A stretch of DNA of 64,000 nt from Candidatus Micrarchaeota archaeon (GCA_026396415.1 JAPLWX010000035.1:51381-115380); one strand, 5' to 3'. Shown: positions 54,217-63,999, counted from the stretch's first letter. A program made the numbers and translations. The notes: generated by a model not told the origin, from the sequence alone.

Positions 54217-55752
54217 ATGCTGCATCTTCTGAAAAAAGGGGAACTTTTCGCCTCCGCGGGAGGGGGCAGCTCCGGAGGGAAGTTCCTGAGCCTTCAGGTC
54301 GCCAAGGACCATGCGATGGAGGCTGGATTTGCGCTCAAGCCCAGGATTGAGGTGAAGACCGGCTTTTTCCCTCGCCTCCTCAAGGATTCGGGCATGGCAG
54401 AGGCATGCAAAAGCCAGGAGCCGTTTGAAAAAATCAGCGCTCTTGCATCGAAGGCAAGCTGGAACAAGAGCGAATTTGGGCTGTTTGAGCAGATAAGCGA
54501 GGAATACCGCATGCTTGGCGAGCAGGTTATCATGGTGCGCGCGAACTCGGTGCTCGCGGATGCAGGGGGCAATGGCATCTACCTTTCAAAGGCAGTGCTC
54601 AACACCCCGGAGAATCTCGCTGATGCTGCAAAGGAAGTCCTGCTCAGCTTCTTTTTAGACAAGGCAAGGATGGCAAGGGAGATGGCAGGCATCCAGGAAG
54701 ACAGGATGGCACTGATGTTCGAGCCGATGGTGCATGACAGCGGAGGACTGATGGTTTCCGGTCACCACCGTAACCCGACAACCAATTTTTACAAGGAAGA
54801 CTTTGGCCCAATGTATGCGCCGAGGCTCTCCGGGGTCGGAAGGACCATGACGCCCTACGGGGTGGCGCGCATAGGCTTTGTGGCAGGGCTGGCGTTCAAT
54901 TATATGGAAAATCCCAGAAGCGGCATGGCATTGAACTACTATCAGAAGGACACCACGCTGGAAATGATTGTGCTTGCCGATTCCATGTCGCCATTCAAGC
55001 GCGGCACTGCATATAATGAGGATGTTACCGGAGGGACAGGTACCTACATGACGCCTGCAGGCGGAATCTTCAATGGCAAGATGCTGTTCCCCCAATATTA
55101 CCTGGAGTGGCAGGAGTGGACATCTGCACAGCTTTTCGACATGATGGAAAGGCTGGAGAAAACAATGGGCAGGGAGCAGGCAATCGAGTGGGCAATGGTG
55201 CGGGACAATAAAATGAATCCGATTTACTACCTGAACCAAAGGGCGGATTATGACCAGCCGTTTTTCGATGTAAGCAGAGATGTGGATAAGGAATTGGTTG
55301 CCGGGACGGACGGTCTGGTCATGGGTGCTGGCAGGGTGAGAATCAGGCACATTGCCAGGATAATCCAGCCCCGTGCATGGAGTGACTTGCAGATAGTGAA
55401 CGAAAAATACCCGGGCTATGCCCTTTCGATAGGGGAGGAGTCGGACAGCTTCAACATCCTTCCGCCAAGCGTGGACATAAGTTTCAGGAACCTTTCCAAT
55501 TCCTCCGCCCTGCTTGCAGACAGCGGCTGCGAAGGCCTGATAGGACTGGTGGAGGCGCATGTTGGAGGAAGCCTTACCTTGACAAAAAAAATGGTGGTGG
55601 CGTTTGATGAATTCAGCTGGGATTTGGTCAGAAAAAATGCCGAGCGCGTTGATAGAATGCCCCATGGGATAGACATCTATGAAACCGACCTAATTCTTGA
55701 GGCAAGCGAAAAAGGCCAGAAGGCGGTGCTGTACCTGAACAAGCAGGGCTAG
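54217..55752 (+). CDS. Second standalone PPDK_N-domain protein (paralog of 52642-54162)
   Basis: Aligns to its neighbour over GGK..., RANSVLADAGGNGIYLSKAVLNTPE, ALMFEPMV, YAPRLSG and IEWAMVRDNKMNPIYYLNQ. Confidence 0.65.
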   Translation: MLHLLKKGELFASAGGGSSGGKFLSLQVAKDHAMEAGFALKPRIEVKTGFFPRLLKDSGMAEACKSQEPFEKISALASKASWNKSEFGLFEQISEEYRMLGEQVIMVRANSVLADAGGNGIYLSKAVLNTPENLADAAKEVLLSFFLDKARMAREMAGIQEDRMALMFEPMVHDSGGLMVSGHHRNPTTNFYKEDFGPMYAPRLSGVGRTMTPYGVARIGFVAGLAFNYMENPRSGMALNYYQKDTTLEMIVLADSMSPFKRGTAYNEDVTGGTGTYMTPAGGIFNGKMLFPQYYLEWQEWTSAQLFDMMERLEKTMGREQAIEWAMVRDNKMNPIYYLNQRADYDQPFFDVSRDVDKELVAGTDGLVMGAGRVRIRHIARIIQPRAWSDLQIVNEKYPGYALSIGEESDSFNILPPSVDISFRNLSNSSALLADSGCEGLIGLVEAHVGGSLTLTKKMVVAFDEFSWDLVRKNAERVDRMPHGIDIYETDLILEASEKGQKAVLYLNKQG

Positions 55753-55804
55753 CCAGCCAGCTTTTCCACTTCCTTCTGCGCACACCTAACCCTTCTTCCG
55801 CGCC

Positions 55805-57067
55805 TCACGCAACAAGCCTCTCCGCCTCCTTCTGCGCGCGCTCGACAACTTTTTCCTCGTCAAGCGTGAGAAGCTTCCTCTCGCGCATCACCACTTTGCC
55901 GTTGATGATGCTGTCAGTCACATTGCCTGCGTGCGCTGAGTAGACGAGGTTTGCGGCGATATTGTGTGCAGGCACCAGGTTGGGTGCGCGCGCGTCAAGG
56001 AGTATGATGTCGGCAAGCTTCCCGGCGGCAAGGGCGCCGGCGTTTATGCCAAGCGCGGCAGCGCCGCCCTCTGTTGCCGCGAAAAGCATCTGCTGCGCAG
56101 TCGCCGCAGTTGCGTCCCAGCGCGCGTTCTTCACACTTAGCGCGAGGAATTTCATTGTCTCGAACATGGAAAGCGAGTCGTTGCTTGCGCTTCCGTCGGT
56201 CCCCAATGAAACGTTCATGCCAAGCTGCTGTATTTCAGGCAATGGCGCGATTGCGCCGCCTGCAAGCTTCATGTTGGAGACTGGGCAGAGCGAGGCGGAG
56301 ACCTTGCGATTCGCAAGCAGGCGCACCTCCTCCTTTGTGAGCCAGACGCAGTGCGCGGCAATTGTGCGCGAAGATAGGAGGCCAAGCGAGTCCAGGTAGG
56401 GAACCGGGCGCAGCTTGTGAGCAGAGAGGCAGTCAAATACTTCCTTGCGCGTCTCGGACAGATGGATGTGGAGGGGCACGCTGTATTTTTTGCTGAGGGC
56501 TTCGCTTGCCGCCAAAAGTTCCTTGGAGCAAAGGTATAGGGAGTGCGGAGGCACGGATGCGCTGATGCGCCCGTCCGCTTTCCCTTGCCAGTCCTTTATG
56601 AATTGCTCGCAAATTTTCAATTCACTTTTTCTCTTGCCAACATCGCCCATGTCCACCATGGAGTAGCCCAGCACCGCGCGCATGCCGCTTTCCTGCACTG
56701 CCTCCGCAACCTCATCCATGAAAAAATACATGTCATTGAAGCACGTGGTGCCGCTCCTTATCATTTCCGCCGTAGCAAGAGCACTGCCTGCGCGGATTTG
56801 CCGGGGCGTGACTTTCACTTCCACTGCGCGCACTGCAGCAAGCCAGTCGTGGAGCGTTGCATCCTCGCCAATGCCGCGGAAAAGGGTCATTGCCGCGTGC
56901 GTGTGCGTGTTTATGAGGCCTGGAAGCGCGATTTTGCCGCTGGCATCTATCTTTTCCTCTGTGCGCGCTGTTATGGAAGGCGCCATTTTCGAGATAAGGC
57001 TGTCCTCGATTAAGATGTCTGACTTTTTGCCTGAGGGCAGCGTTGCATTTTTTACCAGGAGGGACAT
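55805..57067 (-). CDS. Amidohydrolase-family deaminase (MTA/SAH deaminase-like)
   Basis: GLINTHTHAAMTLFRG metal-binding HxH start, plus internal His/Asp ligands of the amidohydrolase fold. Confidence 0.8.
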   Translation of the reverse strand: MSLLVKNATLPSGKKSDILIEDSLISKMAPSITARTEEKIDASGKIALPGLINTHTHAAMTLFRGIGEDATLHDWLAAVRAVEVKVTPRQIRAGSALATAEMIRSGTTCFNDMYFFMDEVAEAVQESGMRAVLGYSMVDMGDVGKRKSELKICEQFIKDWQGKADGRISASVPPHSLYLCSKELLAASEALSKKYSVPLHIHLSETRKEVFDCLSAHKLRPVPYLDSLGLLSSRTIAAHCVWLTKEEVRLLANRKVSASLCPVSNMKLAGGAIAPLPEIQQLGMNVSLGTDGSASNDSLSMFETMKFLALSVKNARWDATAATAQQMLFAATEGGAAALGINAGALAAGKLADIILLDARAPNLVPAHNIAANLVYSAHAGNVTDSIINGKVVMRERKLLTLDEEKVVERAQKEAERLVA

Positions 57068-57106
57068 GAGGGGATTTTAAGCTTCCGGCTTTAAAGTGTT
57101 TGTGCT

Positions 57107-57445
57107 ATGGAGCTTGATGAGCGAAAGATTGCGCTTGCCGCTGCTGTTTTTGCAGTGGCAGGCATAGCCCTCCTTTTCCTCCTTTCAGAGACCCCTCGCG
57201 AGGCAAGCATCGCCGAGGCATTGGTTGCGCCTGCAAATTCCTACCTAAGCCTGTCAGGCGCCGCGCAGAACATCACCGCAGACAAATTCTACCTCTGCCA
57301 GCGCGAACTTTGCATAAGCATGAAAAAAGGCGGGCTTGTTTCCGCGCAGCTGGTGTCGGATGGGAGCGGATTGCAGGTGCTTGGCAGGGTGAAGGAATAC
57401 AAGGGAAGCAGGTATTTCGAGGCGGAAAGCATTGAAGCGAAGTGA
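57107..57445 (+). CDS. Membrane-anchored small protein with a possible OB-fold
   Basis: N-terminal TM (IALAAAVFAVAGIALLFLL). 4-nt overlap with the next gene. Confidence 0.4.
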   Translation: MELDERKIALAAAVFAVAGIALLFLLSETPREASIAEALVAPANSYLSLSGAAQNITADKFYLCQRELCISMKKGGLVSAQLVSDGSGLQVLGRVKEYKGSRYFEAESIEAK

Positions 57446-58695
57446 AGAGGGGCGCAGGCAGCTGGCTTGCGAAAGAGGTGTTGGCACGCAGAGGGCAATG
57501 GAATCCTGCTGCCAATGAAGATGATAATGTGTTTGCCGCAGTTCCAATTGTAGCGGGAATCCTTCTGGGCATTTTCTCAGGCATGCTGCCGGGCATCCAC
57601 TCGAACACAGTGGCGTCCGTGCTTGCCACCTTGCCCATCCCTCCGGATGCGCTTTCGCTTGCAGTCGTTGCGGTGGTGGGTGCGCACCTGCTTTTCCAGT
57701 TCCTTCCCTCGATATTCCTGTCCATTCCGGATGACACTGTCGTCGCATCCGTGCTGCCGGGGCACAGGCTGGCACTTTCCGGAAGGGGGCGCGAGGCGAT
57801 AACCGTATGCGCATTTTCCACGCTTGCCGCGGCGGGCGCATCAGTTCTCCTCATCCCTGTTTCGGTTGTGGTGCTGCCTGCCGCATATGCGATAATAGAG
57901 CCCCAGATGGCGCTTGTGCTGGTTGCCGCTTCCATATTCCTCCTTTCCAGCGAAAAAGAATGGAGGAAAATCGCAATTGCCGCGCTTGTTTTCCTGCTTT
58001 CAGGCGCGCTTGGCATTGCCACGCTTCGCGGCGCGATAAACGACCCGCTCTTCCCGGCATTCTCAGGCCTGTTCGCGGGAAGCGGCATCCTTCTTTCCTT
58101 CACGTCGCGCACAAGGCTGCCTGTGCAGAAAAGCGAGAGGACCGAGCTTGATTTCCTGCCATACGTCGCGGCAGGGGTGCTTTTTGGCATGCTCTCCGAC
58201 CTGCTCCCAGGCCTGGCGGCGCCAGCGCAGATTGCGGTGTTTGCCTCCGCCGTATTTGCCACCGATGATGCAAGGAAGTTCCTCGCGCTCGTCTCCTCCA
58301 TCGCAGCCTCGCACGCTGTGTTTGCCTTCTCTTCGCTCCTATCCATAGGGAAGGCGCGCGAGGGCGCGCTTGCGATAATAAACGGCGTGAAGCCCGTCAC
58401 TGCCGGCGATTTGCCCGTGCTTTTGGGCGTGCTCCTCCTTTCAGCAGGCATAAGCGCTTTCCTTCTCATGAGGCTGTCCAGGCACGCCTCCTCGCTTTCC
58501 TCATTTGACACGCGCGCGCTGAACCTCGGCGTGCTTGCCTACCTTGTATGCGCGGTCGCAATAATTTCAGGCGGCGAGGGGCTGCTGCTGTTTGCCACTG
58601 CCACTGCCGTGGGCTTGCTGCCGCCCCTTCTCGGCGTGAGAAGGACGCACGTGATGGGGCTTATCATCGTGCCGTCGGTATTGCTTGCGCTGTAG
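57442..58695 (+). CDS. TctA/DUF112-family polytopic membrane protein
   Basis: Multiple TM helices with the GMLPGIHSN signature loop of the TctA family. Confidence 0.65.
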   Translation: MKRGAGSWLAKEVLARRGQWNPAANEDDNVFAAVPIVAGILLGIFSGMLPGIHSNTVASVLATLPIPPDALSLAVVAVVGAHLLFQFLPSIFLSIPDDTVVASVLPGHRLALSGRGREAITVCAFSTLAAAGASVLLIPVSVVVLPAAYAIIEPQMALVLVAASIFLLSSEKEWRKIAIAALVFLLSGALGIATLRGAINDPLFPAFSGLFAGSGILLSFTSRTRLPVQKSERTELDFLPYVAAGVLFGMLSDLLPGLAAPAQIAVFASAVFATDDARKFLALVSSIAASHAVFAFSSLLSIGKAREGALAIINGVKPVTAGDLPVLLGVLLLSAGISAFLLMRLSRHASSLSSFDTRALNLGVLAYLVCAVAIISGGEGLLLFATATAVGLLPPLLGVRRTHVMGLIIVPSVLLAL

Positions 58696-58734
58696 GCAAA
58701 AAAAATAACAAAAGCAGAAAAAATTCAGGAAAAT

Positions 58735-59115
58735 TCAGAGAAGCTTCCCATTAACCACGCCGTCCTGACCTACCCTGTTTGTTATCTTGACTTTCCCTAT
58801 TTCCGTGTCCACCACCGCGCCGCGCGTGATAATGTTCTGGCGCGCGTAGTGGCGGTTGTCGAGCGTTTCGAGCACCGTCCTCAGCGTGACTTTCTTCATC
58901 CCTTCCTTTGTGAGCACATTGACGAACTTGGCCGTGCGCAGCTTCACCTTTGCCGTGTTCCCGCGCCCGCGCCTCAGCGTGCGCTGCTCCTTTGCGCCCA
59001 CCTTGGTCGCAGTGAACGTCCCGCCCACGAAGCGGAGCTTCTTGTCCGCAGCCTTTCCGCGCTTGCCGCCCGTGCCTTTTGTAGTCGAGCCGCGTGCGCC
59101 GTGATAGTTTTCCAT
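58735..59115 (-). CDS. rps8e: 30S ribosomal protein S8e
   Basis: The 126-aa product from the ATG at 59115: MENYHGARGSTTKGTGGKRGKAADKKLRFVGG...ITRGAVVDTEIGKVKITNRVGQDGVVNG matches S8e. Confidence 0.85.
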   Translation of the reverse strand: MENYHGARGSTTKGTGGKRGKAADKKLRFVGGTFTATKVGAKEQRTLRRGRGNTAKVKLRTAKFVNVLTKEGMKKVTLRTVLETLDNRHYARQNIITRGAVVDTEIGKVKITNRVGQDGVVNGKLL

Positions 59116-59189
59116 AATGATTCCTCCGCATGAGTGTAGGCAGTATATTCGGAGTTGTGTTTTTAAATGTTCGGGCGCCCCAGTGCTGC

Positions 59190-59630
59190 ATGCTTGTGCT
59201 GCACTGCTCGTCTGGAAAGCCGCTTGGCGCCATTGTGGAGGCTGCCGAGGCGCATTTCGCGCCCTGCCTTCTGCTTTCCCCGGAGGCAGTGAAAGGAAGG
59301 ACAGGAATGGAGCTTGAGGCCGCGTTCTACCTAGCCGGCCGCACATTTGCGGGGAAGAGCAACATCTCTTCCAAGCTTTCAAACGAGACGCTGCTTTTCC
59401 TCGCGCGCGAGATGAACTTTGCCTCCGCCCTGCGGAAAATCGGGGCGAAGGATGCGCGCGCGTTTGTTTTTGTGTGCGGAAAGGGCATGCCTATTGCCAA
59501 AATGAAGAAAACGCTTGGGCTAACTTCGGCAAAACCAATTGCGCTTTCAAAAATGGGAAAGAAGAAGGGAAACTACTTCGAGGGCGAGCTTGCGTTCGAG
59601 CAGATGGCGCTTGCAAGGGCGAGGAACTAA
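59190..59630 (+). CDS. cgi121: KEOPS complex subunit Cgi121 (probable)
   Basis: ETLLFLAREMNFASALRKIGAKDARAFVFVCGKG matches the Cgi121 pattern (EIL..AS.Q..AI...GAKDG.V.L.C). The start is the ATG at 59190. Confidence 0.5.
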   Translation: MLVLHCSSGKPLGAIVEAAEAHFAPCLLLSPEAVKGRTGMELEAAFYLAGRTFAGKSNISSKLSNETLLFLAREMNFASALRKIGAKDARAFVFVCGKGMPIAKMKKTLGLTSAKPIALSKMGKKKGNYFEGELAFEQMALARARN

Positions 59631-59700
59631 TTCCAATCGTCCACGTAAAGCATTAAAAAACCATCTATGCATGAACCGCTGGAAGAAGCGGTGAAGTGAT

Positions 59701-60426
59701 ATGACCAAGCAAGTTTTGAAAGAACGCTATTTGGATACGTTGGCAAGCTCGTGGCAAGAGCTGAAGCGCATGAGGGAAAGGCCCGGAATCTATGACAATG
59801 CATTGGAAAAGCTTGTGCACCCCATAGATACCAAAACCATCCCGGGCTTCGGGCAGTGGCTCTTTCTGAACGGCTACCGATACCCGAATTGGGGCCACGC
59901 AGCATTCGATTTTTCAGCCTGGAAAGATGAGAAGGGCAGGATAATGCTTGGGCTGCCGAGGGGGACGCCTGTCTTTTCACCCCTCCCAGGGGTTGTGGCA
60001 GAATCCTCGTATTACAGTTACAGGAGTGCGGAGAAAGAGTTTGACAAATACCAGGCAGGCGTCAAGATAATCCACAATGCGACTGGAACGATTGCCACTA
60101 GCTTGTGGCACATCATGCCACTAGTCGAGCCAGGGGAAACTGTAGATGCCGGGCAAAAAGTCGGCGAAGTATATTCCACTAAAGGGACGAAAAAGGGCTG
60201 TTTGATTCACCTGCATGTGGCAATGAGGCCCCTGTGGCCAGGCTCGTATGCCCCGCGTGATGGCGACGGGAACATCGATCCGTTGGAAATATTATATCCA
60301 AGCGGCCCGGGTTTCGAACGCTTGGCGCTTCCTTCAAACGGCCCGGATATAAAAAAGGCAGAACTGACCAGGAACGGCATTCATGTGGAATACGAAGTAT
60401 TGATGTATCAGCATATCGTAGATTAG
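59701..60426 (+). CDS. M23-family (LytM-like) metallopeptidase
   Basis: HxxxD (GHAAFDF) and HxH (LIHLHVAM) zinc-ligand motifs with the intervening glycine-rich beta core (GTPVFSPLPGVV...GQKVGEV). Confidence 0.7.
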   Translation: MTKQVLKERYLDTLASSWQELKRMRERPGIYDNALEKLVHPIDTKTIPGFGQWLFLNGYRYPNWGHAAFDFSAWKDEKGRIMLGLPRGTPVFSPLPGVVAESSYYSYRSAEKEFDKYQAGVKIIHNATGTIATSLWHIMPLVEPGETVDAGQKVGEVYSTKGTKKGCLIHLHVAMRPLWPGSYAPRDGDGNIDPLEILYPSGPGFERLALPSNGPDIKKAELTRNGIHVEYEVLMYQHIVD

Positions 60427-60430
60427 ATGC

Positions 60431-61816
60431 CTATTTCTTCAAGCCAATCTGCCTGTAAATGAGGTCGCGGTCGAGCGGGATGTCAAGCCCGAGCACCTTG
60501 TGGATGAACGAAAAGATGTCAATCGCGCGGTCAGGGTCCACCCTGCTTTTCAGTATGATGTCGCGCAAGGACGCCTCCTTGCCGATCATTTCGTAGATGA
60601 GGAGCCCGTCCCTTCCGAAGCGCTTGTAGATGGCGAACCCGTCCTCGCCGTACCTGTCGCGTATCTCGTTCCTGTCAAGCTGCCGGAATGAGATGAAGCC
60701 CTTCTTGCCGAAATATGCCATTGCGGAGTCTATGTCAAACAGCGGCATTCCGGTTGACAGCGAAAGCCCCACAAAGTCGCGCTTGCCGTCGGCCATGTCG
60801 AAAAGCTGGCGCGCCATGGGGGGGAACTTGGTGGAAAGCTCGGTGAACATCATTGCCTTTTGCAGCATGGAAAGCCGCGCCACGACAGGCACGTCCACCA
60901 TCACGATGTCCTCGCCGGGCTCGTCTATTTCCTCCTTTTTCTGCTTTTCCTCCTTTTTAGGCGCCTCGGGCGGCTGGAAAGGCTTGCCTTCGGGCACGTC
61001 CTCCACGATGGGCTTGAAGCGCGGCTCGCGCGCCGGCTTGTCGGAGCCCTCCTCGGAATCGTCGCCCTTATCGTCCCCGTCCTCGCCGCCCCCCTTGTCT
61101 TTGAAATCGCCCCCCGCGTCTCCGCCTCCGATTTCAGGCGCATCCTCATTTGCCGTTCCCTTGCCCGCGCCGCTTTCAGGCGCGGCTTTCTCTTCCGGCT
61201 TTTCGAGCTTGATGATGCCCTGCTCGTCCATGAACTCGAGTATCTCGACAAGCTTTGCCTCGGACACGCCGGTCTCGCGCAGAATCTCCTCGGCTGTTTT
61301 CTCCCCGTCAATCAGGTTGTATATCCTGACGCCAATCGAGCCATGCTTCCTGTAAAGCACCTTTTCAAGCGGGGAAAGCGAGTCCTCGTCAACCTCCTTT
61401 TCCGCAGGCGCAGATGGCGGGGCGCCAGCAGGGGGCTTGCCGCCAGGGGCAATTTGCTCGCCTGGCGCGCTGGCTTCGTCTTCAGAGGCGCTAGTTGCAC
61501 GCTCGCTCTCAGTGGTTTTCGTTGCACGCTCGCCACCCGCAGCAGCATGCCAATCCTGCTTTTCAGGGGCCCCCGATGGGACAATGCTCACCATGGCATT
61601 GTTGTTCATGAATTCCAATATCTCGACGAATGCTTCCTCCTTCATGCCAAGCTCGGACATCATCCCAGACGCGGTCTTGCCGCTGTCCACCAGGTTGTAA
61701 AGCTTGACCGCATCGTCGCCGAATTTGCGGCGGAGGAGCGACTGGTCGCGGAATGCCTGAAGCGAGGATTTTGCCTCCTTTTTCAGCCGCATGTCAAAAT
61801 CCATGTCTGCCATCAA
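60431..61816 (-). CDS. Hypothetical protein with three winged-helix-like modules separated by acidic low-complexity linkers
   Basis: Repeated units (VKLYNLVDSGKTASGMMSELGMKEEAFVEILEFM, VRIYNLIDGEKTAEEILRETGVSEAKLVEILEFMDEQGIIKL, FAIYKRFGRDGLLIYEMIGKEASLRDIIL). Confidence 0.55.
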   Translation of the reverse strand: MMADMDFDMRLKKEAKSSLQAFRDQSLLRRKFGDDAVKLYNLVDSGKTASGMMSELGMKEEAFVEILEFMNNNAMVSIVPSGAPEKQDWHAAAGGERATKTTESERATSASEDEASAPGEQIAPGGKPPAGAPPSAPAEKEVDEDSLSPLEKVLYRKHGSIGVRIYNLIDGEKTAEEILRETGVSEAKLVEILEFMDEQGIIKLEKPEEKAAPESGAGKGTANEDAPEIGGGDAGGDFKDKGGGEDGDDKGDDSEEGSDKPAREPRFKPIVEDVPEGKPFQPPEAPKKEEKQKKEEIDEPGEDIVMVDVPVVARLSMLQKAMMFTELSTKFPPMARQLFDMADGKRDFVGLSLSTGMPLFDIDSAMAYFGKKGFISFRQLDRNEIRDRYGEDGFAIYKRFGRDGLLIYEMIGKEASLRDIILKSRVDPDRAIDIFSFIHKVLGLDIPLDRDLIYRQIGLKK

Positions 61817-61889
61817 TATCCCCGCTGGCCGTGACGCGCTTGCGGACGGTTCAACTGACGATAGCCTTCAGCACAAATCTTTATAAGGA

Positions 61890-63404
61890 TTGGATTTGCA
61901 GGAAACTGCCATGGCGCTTGACGACTTGCTCATCTCAACCGGCGTAGACAACCTGATACGCCTTGTCAAGGAACGGGGCAGGGTGGAGATAGGCGCAGCC
62001 GCAAAGGAGCTCAAGATCCCTGCACGGACAACCGAGGATTGGGCGCACGTCCTTGAGGAGGAGGGCATAATCACCATCGAGTACAAGCTCACCAAGGTCT
62101 ACCTTGTGTGGCGCACGCCCGCGATAAAGGAGGTCGAGCAGAAGCGCGAAAAGCTCGAGGAGAAGGCAACCGATGTCCGGGGGGAGATTGAGCAGCTTTT
62201 GACGCGCGTGGAGGAAGGGGGGAAGAGCCTCTCTGCGATGCAGGAGGAGATCGCCAACCTCACCACAAGGCCCATGTCGGCGTCAGAAGTGGAATTGCTC
62301 AAGCGGGAACTTTCAAGCCTCCAGGAAACATATGCCGGAAAGATAAAGTCGACTTCGGGCAAGCTTGACGCGCTTAGGAAAAAGGCGATTGCGGCCGGGC
62401 AGAGGGCAGGGGAGAGGAGCGGAATCGGCGATGACGAGCGATCCGCCGCGGGCGAGCTGACAAATGAGCTTGAAGTCCTCAAGAAATTCGAGGAGACCTT
62501 AAGGTCGCAGCAGTCGGACACGGAGATGTTCTTCGAGGCTTTTGAGACCCGCGTGGACGACTTGCAGAAACAGGTCGAGGAGGGCAGGAACTCAAATGCG
62601 GTGGAGGAGCTCAAGGCGGAAATCGCGGACACGCAGGCGCAGAAAAAGGAGCTTGCGGAGGCGGTGGAAGCCGTGCTTGAGGAGCAGAAGTCGCTTGAAG
62701 GCAAAATCGCGGGCATGGAAAAAAAGCTCACTGAGCTGACCGAAGGGGAAAACTCGCTTTCGGCCTCCAGGAAAAAAATCGCGGAGATACGGAGAATGGC
62801 GGAGGAGGCAAGGAAGCAGAAGAAGGCGGTGCAGGGCCACCTGTCGGATTCCGTTTCGCTCATAAAGAAGCAGTCGTCCAAGATCGAGGCCATGCTCAAG
62901 AAATATTCCAGCGTTGACGACGGCTCGAAAACGCTTGTTGACGAGTATGTCGAGATATCCGAGGAGATGAGCCGCGCGAACGAGGAGCTTGCCGCGCGCC
63001 AGAAGGACATCGGCCGCAAAATTGCAGAGCAGGTCTCGGCGCTCGAGGCCGCAAAGTCGGCGCAGGCAGGCGGCAGCTTCTCGAAGGAGGAGATACAGAA
63101 GGTTTCCTTCCTGCTTCGCGAGCTTTCCCACGAGCAGGAAATGCTGGAGGACAAGGTAAAGGTGCTTGCCAAGGAGTCGGACATCCTCAAGATGGAATCC
63201 CAGCCGGGCGCACAGGGCAAAGGGGCGGATGCAACGCCCGGAGCGGAAACATCGGAAGGGGCGGGGGATGGCGCGGCGCCCGCTCTTGTGGAAAGGGTGA
63301 AGCTGTCCCAGAAGGACGAGGCGGAGTTCGAAAGGAAGCGCGACGAGCTGCGCTCGCTCATCAGGAAGATGTGGGAAGATGGGAAAGGCGGCCGGGGAAG
63401 CTAA
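61890..63404 (+). CDS. N-terminal winged-helix plus long coiled-coil protein
   Basis: wH-like LIRLVKERGRVEIGAAAKELKIPARTTEDWAHVLEEEGIITIEY, followed by about 400 aa of Glu/Lys/Leu heptads. Confidence 0.6.
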   Translation: MDLQETAMALDDLLISTGVDNLIRLVKERGRVEIGAAAKELKIPARTTEDWAHVLEEEGIITIEYKLTKVYLVWRTPAIKEVEQKREKLEEKATDVRGEIEQLLTRVEEGGKSLSAMQEEIANLTTRPMSASEVELLKRELSSLQETYAGKIKSTSGKLDALRKKAIAAGQRAGERSGIGDDERSAAGELTNELEVLKKFEETLRSQQSDTEMFFEAFETRVDDLQKQVEEGRNSNAVEELKAEIADTQAQKKELAEAVEAVLEEQKSLEGKIAGMEKKLTELTEGENSLSASRKKIAEIRRMAEEARKQKKAVQGHLSDSVSLIKKQSSKIEAMLKKYSSVDDGSKTLVDEYVEISEEMSRANEELAARQKDIGRKIAEQVSALEAAKSAQAGGSFSKEEIQKVSFLLRELSHEQEMLEDKVKVLAKESDILKMESQPGAQGKGADATPGAETSEGAGDGAAPALVERVKLSQKDEAEFERKRDELRSLIRKMWEDGKGGRGS

Positions 63405-63453
63405 AGCGCCTGCAAGCCCACCATTATTAACCATTTGCTTTGAAGGTTTAGCC

Positions 63454-63999
63454 ATGGCAAACGTTTATCTCAAGGCAGCGATGCTGACGGCGGCACTGGC
63501 GCTTCTGGGGTTTTTCTTCATAAGCCAGCTGGACGCCATGAGGACAAATGAGCTGAAGAGGGAGGTCGGCAACCTTGCGATGCAGGCAGAGTCTGAAAGG
63601 CAGATGTTCCTTTACTGGCAGCTCCTGGGCAACGGCAGCGGCGAAATGTGCTCCTATTTCTCAGGGGAGGCGGGCAGGCGCGCGTCCGCGACTTATGACC
63701 TGACGCAGAAAATCTCAGCGTACGAGAAAAGCAACGTGCTGGGCTCCGAGTACGACGGCATCCGCAGGCAGTATTACATCTCCAATGCAGGGCTCTACAT
63801 AAATCTCCTGGCAGCAGAGAAATACTGCGGCACAGCGCCTTACAAGACGATACTTTTCTTCTACAGGATAGGAACTGATTGCCCTGAATGCCGCGCGCAG
63901 GGAGGGGTGCTGGACAGCCTGCAGGCGGGGCGGAGCGACATCCGCGTGTTCGCGTTCCCGATTGACAGCGGCGAGCCGGTGATAGGCATGCTTGCAAAC
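63454..63999 (+). CDS. Partial membrane-anchored protein with a CxxC motif, running off the window end
   Basis: ATG at 63454, N-terminal TM (AAMLTAALALLGFFFI), and DCPECRAQ. It is preferred over the antisense ORF 63518-63997. Confidence 0.4.
   Translation, partial: MANVYLKAAMLTAALALLGFFFISQLDAMRTNELKREVGNLAMQAESERQMFLYWQLLGNGSGEMCSYFSGEAGRRASATYDLTQKISAYEKSNVLGSEYDGIRRQYYISNAGLYINLLAAEKYCGTAPYKTILFFYRIGTDCPECRAQGGVLDSLQAGRSDIRVFAFPIDSGEPVIGMLAN

Noticed and set aside
62099-63361. 420-aa minus-strand Ser-rich ORF antisense to the coiled-coil gene 61890-63404
   Set aside because: Poly-Ser/Ala/Phe composition is the expected antisense reading of a Glu/Lys-rich coiled coil, so the plus-strand gene is preferred.
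63518-63997. 159-aa minus-strand Arg/Cys-rich ORF at the window end
   Set aside because: The plus-strand frame from the ATG at 63454 has a TM anchor and a coherent composition, and the minus frame looks like its antisense shadow.
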